Below are positions 29,360 to 36,806 of a DNA stretch of 64,000 nucleotides, piece after piece. Numbering within the stretch: the stretch's first letter is position 1; the number at the start of each line of letters is the position of its first letter. The position numbers and the translations under genes are program-made. Under the pieces are notes generated by a model. That model had not been told where the DNA came from. It was given only the letters and a program-made list of their open reading frames with translations, and made no database searches. The DNA comes from an uncultured bacterium. Lineage in GTDB: Bacteria > Auribacterota > Erginobacteria > Erginobacterales > Erginobacteraceae. The stretch is from assembly GCA_963822585.1 (NCBI GenBank), contig CAWGIE010000039.1:1-64000 (forward strand). Reading direction: 5' to 3'.

Positions 29360-30264
29360 ACTATCTCTTTGGTGGTCTTGAAATGGACCTTTCCCACCCT
29401 GACCAGGGCTTCCATCCCCGCCTTGCTGACGACATTCCTCCCCGCCGCTATCACCAGATCCTTCTTGTTCCCGAGCGGCAGCTTGACCCCGATCTCATCC
29501 GAAAGCTTTTTTAAACGGAGAACAAACTCCCCCCGGGCAAGAACAGAGGCGGCCGCCACGGCCAGGTCGGACTCCCCCCGGACTTTCTGCTCGACTTCGA
29601 TCGAGCGGCCCTTCTTCATCAGAGCCCGCAGCACCAGGTCTTTTTGCCCGAACTTATCCAGAATCGCCTTGCTGCAGCTGGTCTTGGTCAGAATATTCTC
29701 AATCACCCGGGCATGGCCCCAGGCCAGAATACGATTCAGGTTGCCCATGGTTGTGTACAGCTGGTTATACCGTTCCGGTCCGATGGCAACAACGGAATAC
29801 CGACACTCCTTGCGGATGATTTTCCGCAGCTCCTTGATCCGCCGGTCGGATATCTTTTTACTGTCCCGCACGTTAAGGGCCCGCAATTTTTTCTCGGTCT
29901 CGGCGTCGAGAAAGACCCCGGCCACCACCACCGGGCCGAAATAATCTCCCTTGCCGCTCTCATCGACTCCGATCCGGTCCCCCGGGAACCCCTCCAGGAT
30001 CTCCTCGTACCCGAACCGGATCTCCTTTAAGATCTCCGGTTCCAGAAAAAATTGGACGAAGTCGGCGGTATCCTTCCCCTGGATCAAGAGTTTCCCTGAT
30101 TTGTAGAGGCAGAGGGAAAGATTCCCCTGGGCGGCGCCGAAATGAGCGTGAGGAACACTTCTAAAAAGGAACCCCTTCTTCTCCAGGCCCGTTTTCAATC
30201 TTCCGGACTGTTCGGCGGAGAGAGTGACTGTATATGAAGTAATTTGTCTGGTTATATTGTCCAT
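29350..30264 (-). CDS. rnhC: Ribonuclease HIII
   Basis: N-terminal YKSGKLLIQG domain; IGVDESGKGDYFGP, DSKK and VAAASVLAR motifs. Confidence 0.93.
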   Translation of the reverse strand: MDNITRQITSYTVTLSAEQSGRLKTGLEKKGFLFRSVPHAHFGAAQGNLSLCLYKSGKLLIQGKDTADFVQFFLEPEILKEIRFGYEEILEGFPGDRIGVDESGKGDYFGPVVVAGVFLDAETEKKLRALNVRDSKKISDRRIKELRKIIRKECRYSVVAIGPERYNQLYTTMGNLNRILAWGHARVIENILTKTSCSKAILDKFGQKDLVLRALMKKGRSIEVEQKVRGESDLAVAAASVLARGEFVLRLKKLSDEIGVKLPLGNKKDLVIAAGRNVVSKAGMEALVRVGKVHFKTTKEIVSA

Positions 30265-31289
30265 AGGTATAAAAGCCTTGGTGTCCGCGGCTGGAAGAAC
30301 TCTTTGAAATCGAATCCGCCGGAAGGGTCCAGCGCCCGGGAAAGGCGTCCCCGGAAAAGATCGAACAGGGAATAGACCTTCTGGTATTCGATCACGGTTG
30401 CCGACCCCAGACCGGCCAGTTCCTTTGCTTTATCGATGGCCTGCTCCCGGTAGCCGATCTCATCAACCAGACCGTTATCTAGGGCCTGCGTCCCGGTAAA
30501 GATCGCTCCGCCCGACACCTCGTCAAGCTGTTCACGGTCCATGCCCCGGCCCTCGGCCACCACATCCCGAAAACGTTCATACATCTCGTCCACCACTCCC
30601 TGCAGCATCGCCCGCTCTGCCGGCGTTAGATCACGAAACGGAGAGAGCATGTCTTTTTCTTCCCCCCTCTTGATGGTGACATCCCGGATCCCGATCTTTC
30701 CCATCAGGCCTTCCATATTCAACGACTGAATGATCACTCCGATGCTGCCGGTGATTGTCGTCGGATGGGCGATGATGCAATCGGCGGGGGAAGCGACATA
30801 ATATCCCCCCGAGGCGGCCAGATCGCCCAGGGACGCCACCACCTTCTTCCCGGCCGCCTGGAGTTCTTTCACCCGATGATAGATGACATCGCTGGCGGTA
30901 ATCCCGCCCCCGGGGCTGTCGATCTGGAGGACAACCGCTTTCACGGAAGGATCTTCTTTCGCCGACCGCAGCCTTTCCGCGACCTGCTTCCCCATGCTCT
31001 CTCTCTCCCAGAAACTCTGGGAACCGGAGAATGTAATCAACCCTTCAACCGGGATCATGACAATCTTATCGTCCCCCTCCCCTTCCACCACCACCTCGGA
31101 GAAACGATCCTGGCCTACCTTGACGGCCGCTTTAGCGGCTTTCCCCCTGATCAGAAACACATTGGCCGCCAGGCTGATGAGGAGACCCCCTCCCAGTATT
31201 ACGATCAGGCAGCCGGCAACAACCCAGGGCCAGACGCTGCGCCTCTTCTGGACATACACCGGAGGCAGCTGTTGACCGCTATTCTGCAT
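30252..31289 (-). CDS. sppA: Signal peptide peptidase SppA (36K type)
   Basis: IDSPGG, AASGGYY, TGSIGV, KD and GLVDEIG motifs; N-terminal TM. Confidence 0.93.
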   Translation of the reverse strand: MQNSGQQLPPVYVQKRRSVWPWVVAGCLIVILGGGLLISLAANVFLIRGKAAKAAVKVGQDRFSEVVVEGEGDDKIVMIPVEGLITFSGSQSFWERESMGKQVAERLRSAKEDPSVKAVVLQIDSPGGGITASDVIYHRVKELQAAGKKVVASLGDLAASGGYYVASPADCIIAHPTTITGSIGVIIQSLNMEGLMGKIGIRDVTIKRGEEKDMLSPFRDLTPAERAMLQGVVDEMYERFRDVVAEGRGMDREQLDEVSGGAIFTGTQALDNGLVDEIGYREQAIDKAKELAGLGSATVIEYQKVYSLFDLFRGRLSRALDPSGGFDFKEFFQPRTPRLLYLWTI

Positions 31290-31460
31290 AATTATAAATT
31301 AGCGCCTCCAGCGCTAATTTAGTGAGTCTTCACTTTTTAAACTTAAAACGGATTGATTATAGTCCAAAAATTAGTTCGTGTCCAACAGCTCAATCCATAA
31401 CGGTAAGCCCTGAGTATTGCACGGAAAAAACAAAAATTGTTGTTTTGGTTGCTTTTTCGT

Positions 31461-31514
31461 CTGTTTCGGAATTTCCATAATCGGATTTTTCCGATTATGG
31501 AAATTCCGAAACAG
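31461..31514. repeat. Perfect 25-bp-arm palindrome of the CTGTTTCGGAATTTC motif, just downstream of deoC (possible terminator)
   Basis: CTGTTTCGGAATTTCCATAATCGGA-TTTT-TCCGATTATGGAAATTCCGAAACAG. Confidence 0.8.
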
Positions 31515-31518
31515 GAAC

Positions 31519-32412
31519 TTAATAATTCGCGGGTGCCCCGGAAGCAGCGGTATTTTTAGCGCGGATGATCTTCAGACCGGCACTGGCGCCCAGCCGAGTG
31601 GCCCCGGCCTTGATCAACGCCTCCGCGTCTTCGAACGACCTGACCCCGCCGGACGCCTTCACGCCGATCTCGGGCCCCACCACCTTTCTCATCAGGGCGA
31701 TATCCTCAACCGTCGCCCCGCCGGTACTGAAACCGGTCGAGGTCTTGACAAAGTCCGCCCCCGCCTCCACGCTCAATTCGCAGGCCTTGACTTTCTCTTC
31801 GTCGGTCAGAAGACAGGTCTCCAGGATTACTTTGACCAGTATGTTGGGACGGGTGGCCCGGACCACCGACCGGATGTCTTCCCGGACCCGGTCATATTGC
31901 CGGGACTTGATGAGACCGACATTGATCACCATGTCCACCTCGGTAGCCCCTTTGCCGATCACGTTCCTGGTCTCGTAGGCCTTGGTCTCGGAGGTATCGG
32001 CGCCGAGCGGGAAACCGATGACCGTGCAGACCTTGACCCCGGTGCGTCTCAACAATTGCGCCGAGAGCTCAACCCAGACCGGGTTGATGCAGACAGAGGC
32101 GAAACAATACGTGGCCGCTTCCCGGCAGAGCTGGCGGATCTGGTCCTCAGTGGCTTCGGGCTTGAGCAAGGTATGATCGATCATCCTCGCGATCTTCGCT
32201 TCCACCGGACCGATCCCGAGCTGGGTACTGAGCCGGCAAACACCGCCCGAGATCAGGCCCTCGATAAATTCCGGACGCTTGGTAACACACTGTCCGCACT
32301 CCAGGCAGCTGAGGCCGCTCTCCACGCTGCAGGCCCCCGTAGCGGGGGCGCCGCCGTTCAGAACTGCCATCACTTCCCGGGTGACTCGATCAATTATTGT
32401 TTGAGTGTCCAT
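31519..32412 (-). CDS. deoC: Deoxyribose-phosphate aldolase with N-terminal encapsulation-peptide-like helix and Cys-rich extension
   Basis: [27 protein letters not shown] and KASGG motifs; ~70-aa N-terminal extension. Confidence 0.95.
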   Translation of the reverse strand: MDTQTIIDRVTREVMAVLNGGAPATGACSVESGLSCLECGQCVTKRPEFIEGLISGGVCRLSTQLGIGPVEAKIARMIDHTLLKPEATEDQIRQLCREAATYCFASVCINPVWVELSAQLLRRTGVKVCTVIGFPLGADTSETKAYETRNVIGKGATEVDMVINVGLIKSRQYDRVREDIRSVVRATRPNILVKVILETCLLTDEEKVKACELSVEAGADFVKTSTGFSTGGATVEDIALMRKVVGPEIGVKASGGVRSFEDAEALIKAGATRLGASAGLKIIRAKNTAASGAPANY

Positions 32413-32554
32413 AGTAAAATTTTTCTCCGAAAAAATTTTAGTTTAAGGGCTTCCTGCCGGAGAGGTGAACTCAGGGCACGATCCCCTGCTTAAAATTCGC
32501 AATTTCTTCTCATGCATTATCTCTTAATTCTCTTAATTCGCGTAATTCGTAGTT

Positions 32555-33124
32555 CTATTTTCTTTTACGTTCGATGGCCATTATCTTGTTGACCCGGGGC
32601 CAGTGGCGTCCGCCCGCGAACTCGGTGGTCAGCCAGAGAGCGACGATCTCGGCCGCCTGAGAGGGATTAAGGATCTTCCCGCCCAGGGTCAAGACATTGG
32701 CGTCGTTGTGTTCGCGGCTGCTGCGGGCGGTGGTCAAATCGTAACACATGGCGGCCCTGATCCCCCGAACCTTGTTGGCGGCCATGGCCGAGGCCATCCC
32801 GAGGCTGTCTATCATGATACCCCGGTCGCAATCTCCGGAGGCGACCGCGCGGGCCACTTTCTCCGCGAAATCGGGGTAATCAACAGCGGCGGTGCCGTCC
32901 GTTCCCATGTCCTTCACCTTGTACCCCTTTGATTCCAGAAACCGGACCAGTCCTTCCTTCAGCGGGAAGCCGCCGTGGTCGGCCCCGATGGCGATCCGTT
33001 TCACCGTTCCTTTCTTCTCGGTGACAGTGCTCATAAGAACCTCGTTGGACGCTCCCTTGACGATCGGGGACGTCCCTTTTATCACTTCATCGACAATGCG
33101 TTCCAACCGTGTCTGATCCATCAT
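32555..33124 (-). CDS. rpiB: Ribose-5-phosphate isomerase B with N-terminal encapsulation-peptide-like helix
   Basis: IGADHGG, VDYPD, ANKV.GIRAA, REHNDAN and GGRH motifs; extension DQTRLERIVDEVIKG. Start may instead be GTG 33136. Confidence 0.92.
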   Translation of the reverse strand: MMDQTRLERIVDEVIKGTSPIVKGASNEVLMSTVTEKKGTVKRIAIGADHGGFPLKEGLVRFLESKGYKVKDMGTDGTAAVDYPDFAEKVARAVASGDCDRGIMIDSLGMASAMAANKVRGIRAAMCYDLTTARSSREHNDANVLTLGGKILNPSQAAEIVALWLTTEFAGGRHWPRVNKIMAIERKRK

Positions 33125-33378
33125 CTTTTTACCCACACCACTCTACTATTGTTACGGAAGTTTTGTTATTATGGACCAGGAGGAATATCAGCGTCAACAG
33201 CTTTTATTCACGCACCCTTGATAAAATGAACAACCATCTGGTAAACTGAGCGGTCTGATCCAAAGGAATACGGGAATAGCGAATAGCAAGCATGGTAATG
33301 AACAATTTCGCGCAATAGCAAGGCTGGAAATCAGGCTGTCGTCCTTTAGTTCGTCACTTCATCACTCCGTTATTAACC

Positions 33379-34785
33379 ATGTATACAAAGATAGACAACA
33401 CCATCATCCGCCGGCTGGACGATATCGTGGGGGAGGATAACCTCCTGACCGTACGGGAGCGGATGGAGGATTACGCCCACGACGAGAACACTTCTTTCTT
33501 CTCCTACCCGGACGCGGTGGTGAGGCCCGGATCGGCCGCAGAGATAGCGGAGCTGCTGAAACTGGCCAATCGGTTCACCTTTCCCCTGCTGGCCCGGGGC
33601 GGGGGTACCGGTGTCACCGGGGGAGCCGTTCCCGTCCGGGGGGGGGTGGTTATCTCTCTGGAAAGAATGAATCGCATCCTGGAGATCGACGAGGCGAATA
33701 TGATGGCGGTGGTCGAAGCCGGGATCATTACCGAGGACCTCCACAAGGCGGTGGAGGGCAAGGGCCTTTTTTATCCCCCCGACCCGGCCAGCCTCGACAG
33801 CTGCACTCTGGGCGGAAACCTGGCCACGGACGCCGGCGGACCGCGGGCGGTGAGATACGGGGTAACCCGGGATTACATCACCGGGGTGGAAGCGGTCCTC
33901 CCCGAAGGAGAAATCATCGAATACGGCGGCAAGCTGGTCAAGAACGCCACCGGATACAACCTCCTCCATCTCCTGATCGGATCGGAGGGGACCCTGGGAA
34001 TCGTCACCCGGATCACGGCCAGGCTTCTGGTCAAGCCGGGAATTCGGGTCGATCTGCTGGTCCCCTTCCCTTCCTATCGGAAAGCGGTGGAATGCGTGAG
34101 CACCCTTATCCGGCGGCGGCTGATCCCCACCGCGATCGAGTTCATGGATCAGAAATGCCTGGAGATCAGCCGGCAGGTCCTGGAGAACCCGATCCCTTTC
34201 GAGGACGCCGCCGCCCACCTCCTGATCGAGGTCGACGGGGACGATCCCGTCCGGGTGGAGAAGAAATACGAAACCATCGGCGAGATCTGCCTGGAGAGCG
34301 GGGCATCCGACATCCGGGTGGCGGATTCCCCCCGCTACCAGGAACAGATCTGGGAGACCCGGAGAAAATTGCGCGATTCGATCAAGACCGTCAGTCCCGT
34401 CAAACTGAGTCAGGACGTGGTTGTTCCCCGGATGGAGATCGCCGCCCTGCTGCAAGGAATAGACGAGATCGAGGAAAAATACGCTCTGGAAATAATCTGC
34501 TACGGGCATGCCGGGGACGGCAATGTTCATGTCAACTTTCTCAAAAGAAACCGGGAAGAAAAGCCCTGGAGGGAATCCCTGGATCAAGCCGTACCCGAAG
34601 TCTTCGCTCTCGCCGTCAAACTGGGGGGTACCATATCCGGCGAGCACGGTATCGGTATCAGCAAAAGGCACTATCTGCCCCTCGCTCTCAAGCCGGCGGC
34701 GATCGAGAGCATGCGCCGGATCAAGAGCGCCCTGGACCCGAATAATATCCTCAACCCCGATAAAATTTTTTCTCTTTCCCCATAA
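33379..34785 (+). CDS. FAD-linked oxidoreductase, GlcD/D-lactate dehydrogenase-like
   Basis: RGGGTG..GG, YPPDPAS, GSEGTLG, GHAGDGNVH, SGEHGIG and LDP.NILNP motifs. Confidence 0.92.
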   Translation: MYTKIDNTIIRRLDDIVGEDNLLTVRERMEDYAHDENTSFFSYPDAVVRPGSAAEIAELLKLANRFTFPLLARGGGTGVTGGAVPVRGGVVISLERMNRILEIDEANMMAVVEAGIITEDLHKAVEGKGLFYPPDPASLDSCTLGGNLATDAGGPRAVRYGVTRDYITGVEAVLPEGEIIEYGGKLVKNATGYNLLHLLIGSEGTLGIVTRITARLLVKPGIRVDLLVPFPSYRKAVECVSTLIRRRLIPTAIEFMDQKCLEISRQVLENPIPFEDAAAHLLIEVDGDDPVRVEKKYETIGEICLESGASDIRVADSPRYQEQIWETRRKLRDSIKTVSPVKLSQDVVVPRMEIAALLQGIDEIEEKYALEIICYGHAGDGNVHVNFLKRNREEKPWRESLDQAVPEVFALAVKLGGTISGEHGIGISKRHYLPLALKPAAIESMRRIKSALDPNNILNPDKIFSLSP

Positions 34786-34911
34786 AACCACCAACGAAGA
34801 AAATTTTAACTGGAATAATCCCCATACTTTGATATAACGTATTCTGTTTTCATAATCCGGTGCCGCTCAAGCCGTGGCACCTCCACTATTTTTTCCGGAG
34901 GAAAAAATAAA

Positions 34912-35199
34912 ATGCAGCTGGCACGGGTAGTCGGGACGGTGGTCGCCTCCATAAAGGACGAGAAGATGGTGGGGGTTCCCTTCATGGTCCTCCGGGATCT
35001 GGACCTGGAGAACAAGCTGACGGGAGGATCCATTATCGCCGCCGATCCCATCGGGGTTGACTGGGGAGAAGTCGTGCTCTATTCCAAGGGAAGCTCCGCC
35101 CGACAGACCGAGATCACCCGGGACCGCCCCAACGACGCGGTCATCTGCGGCGTGGTCGATCAGTGGGAAGTTGGGGGAAAGGTAAAATATTTAAAATAG
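34912..35199 (+). CDS. Microcompartment vertex protein (EutN/CcmL, BMC-P) 1
   Basis: M.LARVVGTVVASIK, AADPIG, GSSAR and DAVICGVVD motifs. Confidence 0.92.
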   Translation: MQLARVVGTVVASIKDEKMVGVPFMVLRDLDLENKLTGGSIIAADPIGVDWGEVVLYSKGSSARQTEITRDRPNDAVICGVVDQWEVGGKVKYLK

Positions 35200-35316
35200 C
35201 ACAACACTTCATTTAAATAACCGCGGATTAAACAGATTAAGCGGATTGGATTGATTGTAATCAGCATAATCCGCCAAATCCGCGGTTCCATAATTTGTCA
35301 GGCCGGGATCAACGCT

Positions 35317-35586
35317 ATGAATCTGGGTAAAGTCATCGGGACCGTCGTCAGCACCAGGAAGATGGACGCCTTCCAGGGGGTCAAGTTCCTGATCGTGCAG
35401 CCCCTGGACGAGAACCTCGAGACGGTCGGAGAGCCGGTGGTCGCCTGCGACAGCCAGCAGGCCGGGCCGGGCGAGATCGTGACCTTTATCGGCGGACGGG
35501 AAGCCTCGCTGCCTCTCCCGGAGCCCTTCAATCCATCGGATGCCACCATCACTGCCATTGTTGATGAAGTCTCTTTGGGGAAGTAA
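35317..35586 (+). CDS. Microcompartment vertex protein (EutN/CcmL, BMC-P) 2
   Basis: MNLGKVIGTVVSTRK, VACD, AGPGE, GREA and DATITAIVD motifs. Confidence 0.92.
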   Translation: MNLGKVIGTVVSTRKMDAFQGVKFLIVQPLDENLETVGEPVVACDSQQAGPGEIVTFIGGREASLPLPEPFNPSDATITAIVDEVSLGK

Positions 35587-35731
35587 TCAGTGATCAGTAA
35601 TCGGCCGCTTGGATGCTCTTGATTACGGATCAGTTCAGTTAATCGGCGTAAAGAAAGCAGAAATACTCAGCCATTGTAAAATATATCAGTGCCAAAGGCG
35701 CTGATTAACAATTTTTTCCGGAGGAAAAAAT

Positions 35732-36031
35732 TTGAAGGTCGGGAAAGTCATCGGAACCGTCGTCGCGACGCTGAAACTGGAGCAGTACGCGGGCGAGAAA
35801 ATGCTTCTGGTCAGGATTCTCGATCCCGACGGAAAAGAAACTTCCGAGACACTGGTCGCCTTCGACCGCTGCCAGGCGGGGGAAGGCGACGTCGTCCTCC
35901 TGATCGACGAGGGGAACAGCGCCCGGATGGTCCTGGAGACCGGGCCGACCGGCGTGGTCCGGGCGGTCTGCGTCGGCTACGTGGACGCGGTCAACCTCTA
36001 CAAGTCCGATCCGGCTTCCTACGGCTCATAG
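35732..36031 (+). CDS. Microcompartment vertex protein (EutN/CcmL, BMC-P) 3
   Basis: GKVIGTVVATLK, AGEGD.V and EGNSAR motifs; TTG start after GGAGG. Confidence 0.9.
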   Translation: MKVGKVIGTVVATLKLEQYAGEKMLLVRILDPDGKETSETLVAFDRCQAGEGDVVLLIDEGNSARMVLETGPTGVVRAVCVGYVDAVNLYKSDPASYGS

Positions 36032-36109
36032 TCCCCTGCCCCGTCCTTTTTCTCCAGAATCGGACGGATCAGTCGGATCCGACCGATCTTATTATTCCCC
36101 CGATTTAAA

Positions 36110-36670
36110 CTACCTGCTTCCCATTCCCCATTCCCTATTCCCCACTCCCACTTTTAATCGCTGTTTGTATTCTTTCCGTACCCGGTTGAAAAACGATATG
36201 GCGGTTTCCGTCCGGTAATCGGCGTAGGTCCATTCCCAGGAGCGATAAGAACCGTCCTGGAAGAAATAAGTGGACTGGGCGTAGATGCCTTCCCTGAGAT
36301 ACACCCGATAGGTGGCGTCCTTGGTGGTGGCGAGGACCATCTTGGAGAGGTCGACGTAGCCGGGATCGAGGTTCACCGTTCTTCTCCCCTCCTCTGACAG
36401 TTCCTCCTCGATCCGGTTGGTGGTGAGCTTGATCGCCGCCAGGTCGCCGGGCGCGATCAATTCTTTCAGCGAAACATATTGACGGAGAATACCCGGACCC
36501 ATCTCCTTTTCGTAGTAATCGGTGAAATCGAAGGGGAAGATATCGCTCTCCCGGTCGAGCGGGCCGAACCATCTCGCCAGTTCTTCCCTGCCCCGCGCCA
36601 GCCGGTCCCCGCCGACGGCCAGCAGGCCACAGATCAGCTTGACCGGATCCGTTGTCCGTATATTTCCCAT
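36110..36670 (-). CDS. DUF4416 family protein
   Basis: FDFTDYY..EMG, IKL.TN.IE, R.VNLDPGY, LATTK and YL..GIYA motifs. Confidence 0.8.
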   Translation of the reverse strand: MGNIRTTDPVKLICGLLAVGGDRLARGREELARWFGPLDRESDIFPFDFTDYYEKEMGPGILRQYVSLKELIAPGDLAAIKLTTNRIEEELSEEGRRTVNLDPGYVDLSKMVLATTKDATYRVYLREGIYAQSTYFFQDGSYRSWEWTYADYRTETAISFFNRVRKEYKQRLKVGVGNREWGMGSR

Positions 36671-36714
36671 CTCATTTCAACCCGCCCAGACACGGCAGGT
36701 ATACCCCCATTCAC

Positions 36715-36743
36715 TTGACAGATATCTCCTTTTCATCTATCTT
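36715..36743 (+). promoter_or_regulatory. Sigma70-like promoter for the 36807 gene
   Basis: TTGACA-17 bp-TATCTT. Confidence 0.6.
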
Positions 36744-36806
36744 CCATTCAGTAATGCAAGTCACTCGGACAACCTGGTTTGAATTTTTATTATATCGGAG
36801 GAGACC

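Noticed and set aside
33238..33263. FadR/GntR-type operator (TGGTAAACT...CGGTCTGATCCA) upstream of the FAD oxidoreductase
   Set aside because: Only a loose match to TGGT-N3-ACCA, and no regulator gene is nearby.
33373..34794. 473-aa antisense ORF, and similar long shadows at 13816, 27892, 39471 and 44464
   Set aside because: Exact antisense overlap with well-supported genes, as expected in GC-rich coding DNA.
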